A stretch of 64,000 nt of DNA from Nostoc sp. (GCA_036918135.1 JBALDB010000062.1:38599-102598), one strand, 5' to 3'; numbered from the stretch's first letter, positions 32,007 to 44,180 are shown. A program made the numbers and translations. The notes: generated by a model not told the origin, from the letters alone.

Positions 32007-34085
32007 TTAACTATCTCTATCTTCAGAACAGGGTTTCAAGCGAGCTGTAACTCTTATTTTAGTTAGTCTCTGCACTAGGTGCAAAGCTTGTTGTTTATAT
32101 AATGCTTTTGGTAGATGAGCAGGCAAATTATCCATCAACTTTCTTGCTGTACCAATGTTACATCCTGAGATTATACTTATTTCATTCGCTCCATCAAAAA
32201 TAGCATCTTGAGCTAATACTTTTTCAATCTCTACTTGCCAAGTTTGAGGAAACATTTCGCCGCGTTCAATCTGTTGCAGGCTGTTACTGTTAGCTAGAAC
32301 GATCAGGCGATCGCCAACAGCAAGTTGTATATTATCAGAAGGCATTAACTTTAAAGGGGAGCGCTTCAGGCTTTGGTATAAAATTGGCACAACTCCGTAA
32401 CCATAAGCAACCTCAGCCAATAGTAATCCATTGAGTGTATCACCAGCTTCAATCATATACTCCACTACTAAAATAGTTTGAGTATCAAAATTAAACAAGC
32501 TGAGAATATTTTCTCCAAAAGCTGCAGCTGCAAAAACTTCTGCTGAAATAGCAGAGGTGCAAATAACTTGGGCATAAGGAAATAACCGGGCGACATTATC
32601 ACGAAAATATCGGTCGTAAGTCCGAATTACTACACGAGTTGTAGGACTCTGAGCATGGACTGTCAAAGCTATTTCTAGATTCTCTATGCTATCGTCTGTA
32701 ACTACAACGACGCTTTTACTATTAGTCAGATTTGCTTTCCTTAAAGCATCAGCAATACTATCAATTATTAGTGGTATTTTGTTGAAAAAATCTAAGTTGG
32801 TTGCTGTACTATTAATACCTAGCAATGGTTGTTTAAATTCTTGTAATAAAGCTGCGACTCGTTGACCGACTCGATTAAATCCAATCAGTATAATATGGTC
32901 TTTTTGAGGTATTGATGGCTGGTAGCTATTGAAAAACCGGAACCTGAAACTTAAAAAAGCATCAGTAAGTAATGCATATAACACCCCAACAAAACCTATA
33001 CCGATTAAAGTTAATCCCAGACTAAACAATCGTAACCATCCTGGCATGTGTTCGGCTGGCTCTGGTGGCGTTTTAAAATTAATACTACCAAAAATATCTC
33101 CGTATCCTCCCAAAAGTAAAACAGCAGTAGCATAAAATGCTTCTAATATATTACTTTGAGGATAATTTAAAATATAAATAAGTGTTCCAAAACACCAAAG
33201 AAAAAGTACTGTAATTCCACAAATTAGTGCTACGCGCAAACTTTGATAATGAGATAATGTTTGTGAAAAATATACAATTTTTTGTTTAACATTATTCCAA
33301 GCATTACCTAATAAAATCTCTTGCCATAACTGCTGCAAGTTGTACTTAGGCTGAGCAGCAATTTTTTTTAAACTTCTAAGCTGCTCTGTAACTTCAATAT
33401 AAATAATCGTATCACCTGGGTATAATATCGCTTCTGGTTCCCACTGATGAAATTCTTTAGGTAAAAAAGATGAACCATGAGCGTGATTTAATACCCGACG
33501 ATGTGGAGTATTTAGTTCATATATATGCGATTTGTTGCACCAGCGATCGCTCATTTTCATCTGATGCTTGACTACCCGAAATTGATGCCCTTCAATTTGA
33601 AAATAGCCAATACTCTCATCTCCAAGGGCTGCGATAGCAAAACCAGAAGCGGAAATTTGATTCGGCTCAAAAGCTATAAAATTACCAAGAGTCTGACTTA
33701 AAAGTTGATTGAGATTTTGTTTGTCAGAACGTATAACTAAGCGGACTTGAGGATTTAACAGTCGTGCTGCCAAGGCTGCTTCTATATTTACTCGTTCGTT
33801 ACCAGTAGCTAAGATTATAGTTCGGCATTGAGTAATGTTTGCTTGTTCTAAAACACCACTCTGACGACAATCTCCGATTAGTAATTGTTCTAACAAACTG
33901 AATAAATTTGGTATCTGCAAATCTTTTGGTTGTTCTTGGTCGATAGCATTGACAACAACACCGTACTCTTTGAGGATGGCAACACAATGCTGACCTAAAC
34001 TTCCGAGACCACAAACTATAAATCGATCTAGTTTAGTTTGAGAATCTGAAACTGACTGGTAATTGCTTTCTGATGATGGCAGCAT
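32007..34085 (-). CDS. Potassium channel-like protein with TrkA_N/RCK domains
   Basis: VCGLGSLG and ILIGFNRVG Rossmann motifs; central TM-pore-TM with GGYGD. Confidence 0.88.
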   Translation of the reverse strand: MLPSSESNYQSVSDSQTKLDRFIVCGLGSLGQHCVAILKEYGVVVNAIDQEQPKDLQIPNLFSLLEQLLIGDCRQSGVLEQANITQCRTIILATGNERVNIEAALAARLLNPQVRLVIRSDKQNLNQLLSQTLGNFIAFEPNQISASGFAIAALGDESIGYFQIEGHQFRVVKHQMKMSDRWCNKSHIYELNTPHRRVLNHAHGSSFLPKEFHQWEPEAILYPGDTIIYIEVTEQLRSLKKIAAQPKYNLQQLWQEILLGNAWNNVKQKIVYFSQTLSHYQSLRVALICGITVLFLWCFGTLIYILNYPQSNILEAFYATAVLLLGGYGDIFGSINFKTPPEPAEHMPGWLRLFSLGLTLIGIGFVGVLYALLTDAFLSFRFRFFNSYQPSIPQKDHIILIGFNRVGQRVAALLQEFKQPLLGINSTATNLDFFNKIPLIIDSIADALRKANLTNSKSVVVVTDDSIENLEIALTVHAQSPTTRVVIRTYDRYFRDNVARLFPYAQVICTSAISAEVFAAAAFGENILSLFNFDTQTILVVEYMIEAGDTLNGLLLAEVAYGYGVVPILYQSLKRSPLKLMPSDNIQLAVGDRLIVLANSNSLQQIERGEMFPQTWQVEIEKVLAQDAIFDGANEISIISGCNIGTARKLMDNLPAHLPKALYKQQALHLVQRLTKIRVTARLKPCSEDRDS

Positions 34086-34222
34086 ATCATACCGTTAATG
34101 GTACACGCTTTACTGAGGCGGATCGTATATTGCTATTTTAATTGGGAAAGGCAGCGATTAATTTTAGAAACTAATACAACAAGGCAAAAGCAAAAATGGT
34201 ATTCTTAATTTAATGTCAAATC

Positions 34223-34297
34223 AATGGCGATGGAGCTCGCCAAAACCGCCTTTCCAACCCGATAAATCATCACTGAAAAGGCTGATAGCTCCTACTT
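34223..34297 (+). ncRNA. Fluoride (crcB) riboswitch
   Basis: GGCGATGGAGCTCGCC (from 34226) ... GCTGATAGCTCCTAC (34281-34295) match the aptamer consensus. An overlapping hairpin spans 34287-34325. Upstream of a CLC-F gene. Confidence 0.93.
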
Positions 34298-34396
34298 TCC
34301 TCGCTGACTGCGGGAGAGTAGGGCTTGGCTAAATGCATTACCTGACTCTTCTGTAGAAAGTATCTATCTACAAATCGCGCTTCAAGGAGTCATGGG

Positions 34397-35848
34397 ATGC
34401 TAGCCAGTGTATTGTCGATTTTAATGATGGGCTTTTTTGTCGCTCAACTTACGCATCGTTTAGGCATTGCGCCTTTTATCGGCATAATTTTAGTGGGGAT
34501 TATTCTTAGCCCCCAAGTTCGCAAGGTGACCGCTCAATTTGAACCGTTTATTGCACTACCCCACTTAATTAAATGGTTGCCAATTTCCTTTGTAGTTGGG
34601 ATTTTTGCTGGAACTGCATCTGCGATTCTTTTAGCATCATTGGAATGGGCAACCGATTGGCGAGAATCACATCGATGGATTATCGCTTTACTTCCCCTTG
34701 GTGGCTTCTTGAGTGGTTGGATTTATCATCAATTTGGTCGGACTGTAGAAGCTGGAAATAATCTTTTGTTAGAAGAAATTCATAAACCTAAAGATATTAT
34801 TCCCTTCCGGATGGCTCCTCTTGTTCTACTAGGAACAGACCTAACTCACTTGTTTGGAGGTTCAGCCGGTCGTGAAGGTACAGCATTACAAATGGGTGCT
34901 TCTTTGGCAGACCAATTGACTAAAATATTTCATTTTCAAGGAGTTAATCGGCGAATTTTATTAACCGCAGGTATCAGTGGGGGATTTGCTTCAGTTTTTG
35001 GTACTCCTTTAGCTGGAACTGTTTTTGGTATAGAAGTTTTAGCGATTGGGAAAATTCATTACGACGCTCTTTTTCCGGCTTTAATTGCAGCGATCGTGGG
35101 AAATCAAGTAACCTTATTATTGGGTTTGCATCATACAGCATACCGACACGCTCCATCTATACCAACGCTAACAATTTGGGGATTAATTTCTGCGATTATT
35201 GCAGGTATAATCTTTGGAATAGTCGCCAGATTTTTTGCTAAAGTAACTCACCAAATTAGTCACTTCTTTAAAACCAAAATATCATATCCTCCAATACGCC
35301 CTTTAATCGGCGGTGTGCTAGTAGCAATAATTGTTGAATTGAGTGGTACAACTAAGTATATCGGGCTTGGTATTCCTACTATCGTTGATTCTTTCTACAC
35401 TCAGTTACCTCCTTGGGATTTTGCAGCCAAATTGGGTTTAACTGCTTTAACTTTAGGAGCAGGTTTTAAAGGAGGAGAGGTAACACCTTTGTTTTTTATT
35501 GGTGCAACTTTAGGTAATGCTTTGTCATTGATTTTGGGATTACCAGCACCACTATTAGCAGGAATGGGATTTGTAGGTGTGTTTGCAGGTGCAGCAAATA
35601 CACCTTTAGCATCAACCTTAATGGGAATTGAACTATTCGGTTTGGAATCAAGCGTATTTATTGGTATCGCTTGTGTAGTCAGCTATTTATTTTCAGGTCA
35701 TTCTGGAATTTATTCATCACAGCGTATCGGGTTGAGTAAATATTCTGCTGTATATTTAGAAGAAGGAGTGACTTTAGCTAATTATAGGCGGTCAAAAATG
35801 GATTTACTTAATGATAGCGAACAAGAAGAAAGTAATTCTCAGGAATAA
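34397..35848 (+). CDS. CLC-F type fluoride/proton antiporter (EriC-like) with an N-terminal extension
   Basis: CLC-F signatures GNNLL, GREGT and GEVTP; preceded by a fluoride riboswitch. Confidence 0.92.
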   Translation: MLASVLSILMMGFFVAQLTHRLGIAPFIGIILVGIILSPQVRKVTAQFEPFIALPHLIKWLPISFVVGIFAGTASAILLASLEWATDWRESHRWIIALLPLGGFLSGWIYHQFGRTVEAGNNLLLEEIHKPKDIIPFRMAPLVLLGTDLTHLFGGSAGREGTALQMGASLADQLTKIFHFQGVNRRILLTAGISGGFASVFGTPLAGTVFGIEVLAIGKIHYDALFPALIAAIVGNQVTLLLGLHHTAYRHAPSIPTLTIWGLISAIIAGIIFGIVARFFAKVTHQISHFFKTKISYPPIRPLIGGVLVAIIVELSGTTKYIGLGIPTIVDSFYTQLPPWDFAAKLGLTALTLGAGFKGGEVTPLFFIGATLGNALSLILGLPAPLLAGMGFVGVFAGAANTPLASTLMGIELFGLESSVFIGIACVVSYLFSGHSGIYSSQRIGLSKYSAVYLEEGVTLANYRRSKMDLLNDSEQEESNSQE

Positions 35849-35946
35849 TTTTTAATTCAATTAATAGATAATTAGGAAAGTGCGTAGTTTACCGTCGTAG
35901 GCATCGCAATTGTTAGAGGAACCAGGTATGCGCGAGTATTGTATAA

Positions 35947-36192
35947 ATGAAAGTAGCCACTCAATCAACAGGATAAAGAAAAATCGAACATAAATTTGCT
36001 GGGCAAAATGTTTCTGAAATCCTGAAGTACAAGAAGGGTAGTATAAAGCAAGCTCCACTACCAGAAGAACCACCAAGTTGGGATGAGTTTTGTGAAATGT
36101 TGTGGGAAGAAATTGAAGCAGGAGCAGAATTAAATTATTCGGGTTTTAAAGTGGTTCGCAAGTTATTAAGTGATAAGAGATTTGACAAATGA
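35947..36192 (+). pseudogene. Small toxin-like ORF with premature stop (not in the ORF track)
   Basis: MKVATQSTG*RKIEHKFAGQNVSEILKYKKGSIKQAPLPEEPPSWDEFCEMLWEEIEAGAELNYSGFKVVRKLLSDKRFDK*. Its stop overlaps the next start (ATGA at 36189-36192). Confidence 0.6.
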
Positions 36193-36467
36193 ATAATCAC
36201 GGATTTGACAAACTAATTACCTTTTTAAATCAATTGGAACAAGAGAAAATTAGTTATACTTTAGCCCATCATCGTGATGAAACGATTATGGTGAATATAG
36301 CGGTGGCTGGAAAACGATGGGAAGTTGAATTTTTTAAAGATGGTTCGGTTGAGGTAGAACGATTTGTTAGTAGTGGAGAAATTAATGGGGAAGAGGTTTT
36401 TAGTGAATTATTTGCTATGTATACAGAACCAGAAAGTAATTCTGTTAAACTTAGCCAAAACGACTAA
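36189..36467 (+). CDS. Small acidic protein, candidate immunity/antitoxin
   Basis: 92 aa, ...HRDETIMVNIAVAGKRWEVEFFKDGSVEVERFVSSG; translationally coupled to the upstream ORF. Confidence 0.75.
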   Translation: MNNHGFDKLITFLNQLEQEKISYTLAHHRDETIMVNIAVAGKRWEVEFFKDGSVEVERFVSSGEINGEEVFSELFAMYTEPESNSVKLSQND

Positions 36468-36573
36468 CTTAGCAAGCAAGATGTAAAGGCGACCGCGCTC
36501 TGTTTTTAACACGTCATTATTGCTAGCTTGCTTCATAATTAAGTAAAATGAGCGATGCTTGTTTGATAATATA

Positions 36574-37215
36574 CTAAATCATTGCTTCCAATTCTTTCAA
36601 AGCTTGAAAACTTCCTACTTGCCAACTACGTTCTACAGCCGCAGGAATAATTTCTGTAATAGCTATATTTTCAAAATTACGACTAGTGTCAGATTTTATG
36701 TATTTTCCATCTCTGAGTAAATAAATCGACAGGCTTCCATTATCATAAACCCACAGTTCTGGGACTTCGATGGCTTCATAAGCATCGAGAGTAGTTTTTG
36801 AGGTGACATCAGTCTCAATCGCTAAATCTGGTGGTGGGTCATCAGGTTGTAAGCGGCGACGACCAATCATCTGTTGATAATTTTGAATATAAAAGCAAGC
36901 ATCAGGTTCAACTCCTGCTAAACCTTGCTTTTTAAAAGTGGTGGAACCAAAAGGTTGATATCTGATATTTTTAGCCTTTAGCAATATTTTGACAATATCA
37001 GAAATTAAATCTTTGGGAATTTCATGTTCTGGCAAAGGAGCCATAATTTCTAAAGTACTCTGGCTATAGGCAATTCTTGTAGTTCTTTTTTCTCCCAATT
37101 CTTGCAAAATCGATTCAAATTCTTCCCAGCTAACATCAGGAATAGTTACGGTGCTACCAGGCGACAATTGCATCTGACTAACAGGTTTGAAAACGGTAAT
37201 AGCAGTCATAACCAA
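36574..37215 (-). CDS. Uma2 family (putative restriction endonuclease-fold) protein
   Basis: VSWEEFE, LEIMAPLPEHE, EPDACFY, PPDLAIETD, VPELWVYD. Confidence 0.93.
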   Translation of the reverse strand: MVMTAITVFKPVSQMQLSPGSTVTIPDVSWEEFESILQELGEKRTTRIAYSQSTLEIMAPLPEHEIPKDLISDIVKILLKAKNIRYQPFGSTTFKKQGLAGVEPDACFYIQNYQQMIGRRRLQPDDPPPDLAIETDVTSKTTLDAYEAIEVPELWVYDNGSLSIYLLRDGKYIKSDTSRNFENIAITEIIPAAVERSWQVGSFQALKELEAMI

Positions 37216-37331
37216 AATATCAGTAAGCTGAATTTTAATAATTACCTCTTAGGTTGCGGTGGATAATATAGCCCACCGTAACCTTTAGACTAATAGAATG
37301 AGTTTAACAAAAGGAACTAAAAGCGATCGCT

Positions 37332-38567
37332 TTACACTTTAAACTTCTCAGTAATCCGCTTCATCGCTTCTTGCACATTCTCCCGACTATTAAACGCGGA
37401 AATCCTAAAGTAACCTTCACCCGCAGCACCAAAGCCAGAACCAGGTGTTCCCACAACGTTGACGGTTTGCAGCAACTTATCAAAGAATTCCCAACTGGAT
37501 AAACCATTAGGCGTTTTCACCCACACGTAAGGTGCATTCACACCACCATAAACTGATAATCCGGCGGCTGTGAGTTTCTCGCGGATAATTTTGGCGTTTT
37601 CTAAATAGAAACTAACCAATTCTTTGATTTGTGCTTGTCCTTCTTGGGAGTAAACCGCTTCGGCTCCCCTTTGGACGATGTAAGAAACGCCGTTAAATTT
37701 AGTGGACTGGCGGCGATTCCACAGTTTCCACAGTTCGACATCGGAACCATCAGCGGCTTTGGCTGTAAGTGTCTTTGGTACTACAGTTAACGCACAGCGA
37801 GTTCCTGTAAAGCCTGCATTCTTAGAAAAAGACCGAAATTCGATCGCAACTTCTCTTGCACCTGCTATTTCATAAATTGAATGGGGAATTGATGCATCGG
37901 TAATGTAAGCTTCGTAGGCTGCATCAAAGAAAATAATCGAGTTATGAGCTTTGGCATAGTCCACCCATGCCTTGAGGTGTTCTTTGGTAGCAGTTGCGCC
38001 AGTGGGGTTATTGGGAAAGCAGAGATAAATTAAATCAACTTTCTGGGAGGGAATTTCGGCGGTAAAGTTGTTTTCTGCCGAAATCGGTAGATAAACTAAA
38101 CCTTCAAACTCGCCTTTATCGTTAGCATTCCCTGTATTTCCCGCCATCACATTAGTATCTACATATACGGGATAAACAGGATCGGTAACGGCTATAGTGT
38201 TGTCATGACCAAAGATTTCCAGAATATTGCCCGTGTCACACTTGGAACCATCAGAGATAAAGATTTCTGAAGCATCGATTTCGGCTCCCCGTCCTTGGAA
38301 ATCTTGAGTAGCAATTTTCTCCCGCAACCAAGCGTAGCCTTGCTCTGGGCCGTAGCCTCTGAAGGTATTGCGATCGCCCATTTCTTCGACAGCTTTAATC
38401 ATCGCTGTCCGGCAAGCCTCCGGCAGAGGTTCGGTAACATCGCCAATGCCCAATCTGATGATTTTAGCATTACTATTCGCTTCTGCAAAGGCATTCACCC
38501 GCCGAGCAATTTCTGGAAACAGGTAGCCCGCTTTCAGTTTCAGGTAGTTGTCGTTAATACTTGCCAT
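37332..38567 (-). CDS. dapL: LL-diaminopimelate aminotransferase
   Basis: [38 protein letters not shown]. Confidence 0.97.
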   Translation of the reverse strand: MASINDNYLKLKAGYLFPEIARRVNAFAEANSNAKIIRLGIGDVTEPLPEACRTAMIKAVEEMGDRNTFRGYGPEQGYAWLREKIATQDFQGRGAEIDASEIFISDGSKCDTGNILEIFGHDNTIAVTDPVYPVYVDTNVMAGNTGNANDKGEFEGLVYLPISAENNFTAEIPSQKVDLIYLCFPNNPTGATATKEHLKAWVDYAKAHNSIIFFDAAYEAYITDASIPHSIYEIAGAREVAIEFRSFSKNAGFTGTRCALTVVPKTLTAKAADGSDVELWKLWNRRQSTKFNGVSYIVQRGAEAVYSQEGQAQIKELVSFYLENAKIIREKLTAAGLSVYGGVNAPYVWVKTPNGLSSWEFFDKLLQTVNVVGTPGSGFGAAGEGYFRISAFNSRENVQEAMKRITEKFKV

Positions 38568-38716
38568 ACTAAATTCTCTAAAACGCCCTCAAACAGCTTA
38601 CTGCTAATCTGAGCGATCGCTTTTGAGTGGGGAGATGGAGAGATGGGGAAGTCTGGGGAAGAATAACTCTTAATTTACCAGTTAACAGTCATCAATCAAC
38701 ACTTCCCATGCTCAAT

Positions 38717-40060
38717 TTAGACATTTATCGGCTGTTTATTAGTTTCTGATGTGTAAATTTCTAACTCCGTGACTGATTCTTGACCTGTAATTAATCTGGC
38801 TCCACGATTACGGGTAAAATAGTTCCATGCCCACTGGATTATTACTACTAATTTATTGTTAAATTCAATTAAGAAATAAATATGAATTAATAGCCAAAAT
38901 GCCCATGCAAAGAAACCTTTGAGCTTGAGAAAACCCAAATCTACTACAGCGGAATTTTGCCCAATCATCGCTAAACTACCGCGATCCACATAAGCAAAGG
39001 CTGGCAAACTTTTACTTGCAAGGCGTTGTTGAATTAATTTTGCTACATATTCTCCTTGCTGTATCGCTACAGGTGCAACACCAGGTAGTGGTTTATTATT
39101 TTGATGAGAAAAATTTGCTAAGTCGCCAATTACAAAAATATTCGGATATCCCTTAATACTTAAGTCAGGTTCGACGATAACGCGTCCAGCGCGATCGCAT
39201 TCGACTGCTGTGCGTTCTACTAGCACTTTTCCCATTGCAGAAGCTTTCACACCTGCTGCCCATAATATCGTTTTTGAGGCAATCTCTTTAACTTCATCGC
39301 CTTGTTTGAGGGTAACAATATCATTTTCAATATTGGTTACCAGTGTTTTTGTTTGCACAACTACCCCCAACCGCGTTAGCGATGCTTCTGCTTCTTGCGA
39401 TAACTCTGGGGCAAAAGGTGGCAGAATCCGATCTAATCCTTCTAAGAGCAAAATCTGAGCTTCTGAGGTGTCGATGTTGCGGAAATCTTCTTTGAGAGTT
39501 TGGTTTGCTAATTCAGCGATCGCCCCCGCTAATTCTACACCAGTGGGGCCACCACCAACAATCACAAAAGTTAACCAGGCACGGCGTTTTTCTGGATCGG
39601 TTTCTTTTTCTGCTGCTTCAAATGCCATGAAAATCCGGCGACGCATTTCTATAGCATCTTCTACGGTTTTCAACCCTGGGGCGAATTCTTCCCAGTTGTC
39701 TTTGCCAAAATAAGAATGCTTTGCGCCTGTGGCAACAATCAATGTATCGTAAGGTATTGCTTCGTCACCCACAATCACTTTTTGTGCTTCTGGATCGATA
39801 TTATTCACCTCTCCTAGCAGCACTTTCGTATTCTTGCTCTTACTAAGTATAGAACGCAACGGTGAGGAAATATCAGCCGGAGATAAGGCACCTGTAGCGA
39901 CTTGATACAACAGAGGTTGAAATAGATGAAAGTTGCGTTTATCGATTAGAGTAACGTTTACTGCTGCCTTGGCAAGTGTTTTTGCTGCATAAAGTCCACC
40001 AAAACCACCGCCAACAATGACAACTTGATGAATTGAGTTATTGTCAAGTGAGTTTACCAT
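38717..40060 (-). CDS. Type II NADH:quinone oxidoreductase (NDH-2)
   Basis: GGGFGG, FQPLLYQVATG, GGGPTGVELAG, WAAGV, PGVAPVAIQQG. Confidence 0.93.
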   Translation of the reverse strand: MVNSLDNNSIHQVVIVGGGFGGLYAAKTLAKAAVNVTLIDKRNFHLFQPLLYQVATGALSPADISSPLRSILSKSKNTKVLLGEVNNIDPEAQKVIVGDEAIPYDTLIVATGAKHSYFGKDNWEEFAPGLKTVEDAIEMRRRIFMAFEAAEKETDPEKRRAWLTFVIVGGGPTGVELAGAIAELANQTLKEDFRNIDTSEAQILLLEGLDRILPPFAPELSQEAEASLTRLGVVVQTKTLVTNIENDIVTLKQGDEVKEIASKTILWAAGVKASAMGKVLVERTAVECDRAGRVIVEPDLSIKGYPNIFVIGDLANFSHQNNKPLPGVAPVAIQQGEYVAKLIQQRLASKSLPAFAYVDRGSLAMIGQNSAVVDLGFLKLKGFFAWAFWLLIHIYFLIEFNNKLVVIIQWAWNYFTRNRGARLITGQESVTELEIYTSETNKQPINV

Positions 40061-40200
40061 AAGAAATATTTCTCCAGATGACGATTATTGTAACTATTCT
40101 TAACAGATTTGTATCAAAATTGTCATCATGTATTTTGTATTGCTCTTTACATTTGAAATTTTCCTCCTGCCTCATTCCAACTAGAAATATTTACACCGTT

Positions 40201-41121
40201 CTATTTAGTTGACTTTGGTGTTTGTGCCAAACGTGGTGAATGAGTTCGCTGCCAACGGTTAAAGCCATAGATAACAGCAGCAAGAATTAACAAGTAGGGA
40301 CTGTAAACAATTAACCAAATACCCAGCTTGAGTAAGCCAACGGAAAATGCACTCAAAGAATGGGTAGAGTTGTTCCAGGTTTCTTGAACTTGCAAATCCA
40401 AGGCAGGTTGGGGACTGGTGCTAGAAACTGCTGCTTCTAGGTTGAGCGTAATAGTGGAATATGCAACTTGATTTTGTAAGCTTTTAAGTTGGGCATTAAT
40501 TTGTTCTATAGTTTCTCGGACATTACTTAATTCTTGAGCAACACTCAGCACATCTCTAACAGAACCAGCCCGATCCATAATTTTTTGTAAATTGGCTTCA
40601 GTTTTTTGCAAATTGCTTAACCTAGCTTGGAAATCCACGAGGCGATCGCCTACATCTTCGGCAGTTATATTACGACTCTCAAGAGTGCCCAATTTAGCTA
40701 ATTGTTCTAAAGTAAGTTCTAACTGATTCTCTGGTATCCGCAATTCGATTGTTGCTGTGTAACGCGGGTTGTCGTTTTTGGGTTGTTGTTGTTTCAACCC
40801 GATTAAATCCCCTTGCTGTTGATTGATAATTTGCGAAACGGCATCAATAGTCCGATCTACAGAGTTGACTCTCAAAGAGATTGCTGCCTTTTTAATGAGT
40901 TGAGGACGAGAACGCGGTGCAGCTTCCGCCTTTTGGGAAAGACTGCTTTCACGAGCAGATAATTGATTTACCGCGCGATTGGCTGCAATTTGAGGTGCAG
41001 ATTGAGGTGCAGACTTATTTGCCGTCTGTTCGGAAGAGGCGCAACTGGTGAAAATTACTCCTCCTAATAACGCAGTTATAAGTAAAGCAGATGTGCGCAG
41101 TAATTTAGTCGAAGTATACAT
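40201..41121 (-). CDS. DUF4349 family lipoprotein
   Basis: Lipobox FTSC; LIKKAAISLRV...EDVGDRLVD...VAYSTITL; C-terminal TM segment. Confidence 0.85.
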   Translation of the reverse strand: MYTSTKLLRTSALLITALLGGVIFTSCASSEQTANKSAPQSAPQIAANRAVNQLSARESSLSQKAEAAPRSRPQLIKKAAISLRVNSVDRTIDAVSQIINQQQGDLIGLKQQQPKNDNPRYTATIELRIPENQLELTLEQLAKLGTLESRNITAEDVGDRLVDFQARLSNLQKTEANLQKIMDRAGSVRDVLSVAQELSNVRETIEQINAQLKSLQNQVAYSTITLNLEAAVSSTSPQPALDLQVQETWNNSTHSLSAFSVGLLKLGIWLIVYSPYLLILAAVIYGFNRWQRTHSPRLAQTPKSTK

Positions 41122-41341
41122 AATCTACCCCCAGATAGATGAAGTTAATCTTAGTATTACTGAACAAAAACTCAAACTCTGGATTGTTGCAATTTATGTA
41201 ACACGATTTGTCTATTTGTAATTCGTCCTCAGCCCCCAGTTCTAGAGTTCAAACAGATAAATACAGATAAATTGAATGATTGACAGTTCATCTGTGTTAC
41301 TCAATTTGGGGTACAATCAGAAGCCTGCCAAGAAATGATGA

Positions 41342-42361
<1,020 letters not shown>

Positions 42362-42593
42362 AAAGAAAAATCTAGAATCCAGAATCAATCTTTTGTAGAG
42401 ACGCGATTTATCGCGTCTTTTAATTTATCACGTCTGGGTTTGACATTAAGTTAACATGTATGAACATTGCTATGCTACTACAATATATATGCTTCAAATA
42501 ATAATACCTTCGCAATTTTTTATTTTTCAATTTAGCGTACTCTGACGGAAAAGCAAGCTAAGCGTAGCGTCTTGCTCCAGAAGTATTTAATAA

Positions 42594-44180
42594 ATGATAA
42601 TTGTTGTAACTAAACTCTATGAGGAGATAACCTTGTTTTTCAGTGAATATTTCCAAGAAATTGTCCTCCGCACTGGGGAACATTTAATATTAGTTGTAAT
42701 TGCAATGGTGGTGGCTGTTTCTATCGGTATTCCTTTAGGAATTTTGATTACTCGCCAACCAAAACTCGCTCAACCTATTATCGGTCTAACTAACGCTATT
42801 CAAACTACTCCGAGTTTAGCTATTTTTGGCTTTCTGATTTCTGTACCATTTCTGGGAGGAATTGGTAAAATTCCTGCTATTGTTGCCTTGATTCTCTATG
42901 CTTTGCTCCCGTTAATTCGCAATACTTGTATCGGTATTAATAGTGTCGAGCCGGCAATTCGAGAGGCGGGACGGGGGATGGGGATGACAGACAGACAATT
43001 GCTGTTCCAAGTAGAAATTCCCCTTGCTTTAGGTGTGATTTTAGCAGGAGTTAGGGTAGCAACAGTTATTTCTGTGGGAATTGCTACGATTGCAGCAGCA
43101 ATTGGTGGTGGGGGGTTAGGGGTGTTTATTTTTCGCGGGATTTCTACCCTTAATAACCAGCTGATTTTAGCAGGAGCAATACCCGCTGCGTTGATTGCCT
43201 TAAGTGCAGATTTGACCTTGGGATGGCTAGAAAAAAATCTCACTCAGCAAAAAGAAAAAAATATATTAGTTAATCGGAAAACTGCTGTTTATTTAGGTAT
43301 ATTAACGTTATTGATTGGGGGATTAATTGGTTTTACATCTTGGCTAACACCACCAACTATTATTATTGGCTCTAAAAATTTTACCGAACAATTTATTTTA
43401 GGAGAATTACTAGCTCAACAAATAGAATCCCATACTAAATTAAGGGTTGATAGACGCTTAAATTTAGGAGGGACTTTTATTTGTCATGAAGCTGTCAAAG
43501 CAGGGCAAATTGCTGGCTATGTAGAATATACAGGAACGAGTTTAACATCTGTTTTGAAAGAGAAACCTATTAATAATTCTCAACTAGTATATAAAAAAGT
43601 TAAACAAGACTATAGTCAAAAATTTAAATTAGAAGTCATGTCACCTTTGGGATTTAACAACACCTTCGCAATGATTATCCGGGGTGAAGATGCCAAACGA
43701 TGGCAGATTAAAACCCTTTCTGAAGCTGCTAAGTATACCCCGCAAATGCAAGCAGGATTCGGCTATGAATTTCTGGAACGACAAGATGGTTATCCGGGGT
43801 TAGCTAAAACTTATGGTTTCAAATTTACTAAACCTCCCCGGCAAATGGAATTAGGACTGATGTATCAAGCCTTAAAGGAAAAGAAAGTAGATTTGATAGC
43901 AGCTAATTCTACAGATGGCTTAATTCCCGTTTTGAAGTTAGTCATTTTAGAAGATGATAAAAAATACTTTCCACCTTATGAGGCTGTCCCAATATTCAAT
44001 CAAGCAATTCTAGAAAAATATCCAGAGTTACGAGCAGTTATTAATCAATTAGCTGGATTAATTTCTACTGAAGAAATGCAAAAAATGAATTATCAAGTTG
44101 ATAATCAATCTCGTCCGGTTGAACAAGTTGTTCGTGAATGGCTGAAGTCTCACAAACTACTAAATCCAATGGGAACATAA
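42594..44180 (+). CDS. Fused permease + substrate-binding protein of a glycine betaine/choline (Opu/EgtU-like) ABC transporter
   Basis: EAGRGMGM permease motif; GSKNFTEQ, EYTGT, FNNTFA and FPPYE binding-domain motifs. Confidence 0.92.
   Translation: MIIVVTKLYEEITLFFSEYFQEIVLRTGEHLILVVIAMVVAVSIGIPLGILITRQPKLAQPIIGLTNAIQTTPSLAIFGFLISVPFLGGIGKIPAIVALILYALLPLIRNTCIGINSVEPAIREAGRGMGMTDRQLLFQVEIPLALGVILAGVRVATVISVGIATIAAAIGGGGLGVFIFRGISTLNNQLILAGAIPAALIALSADLTLGWLEKNLTQQKEKNILVNRKTAVYLGILTLLIGGLIGFTSWLTPPTIIIGSKNFTEQFILGELLAQQIESHTKLRVDRRLNLGGTFICHEAVKAGQIAGYVEYTGTSLTSVLKEKPINNSQLVYKKVKQDYSQKFKLEVMSPLGFNNTFAMIIRGEDAKRWQIKTLSEAAKYTPQMQAGFGYEFLERQDGYPGLAKTYGFKFTKPPRQMELGLMYQALKEKKVDLIAANSTDGLIPVLKLVILEDDKKYFPPYEAVPIFNQAILEKYPELRAVINQLAGLISTEEMQKMNYQVDNQSRPVEQVVREWLKSHKLLNPMGT

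Noticed and set aside
35861..36076. 71-aa minus-strand ORF
   Set aside because: It is antisense to the better-supported plus-strand pseudogene frame that is coupled to the 36189 gene.
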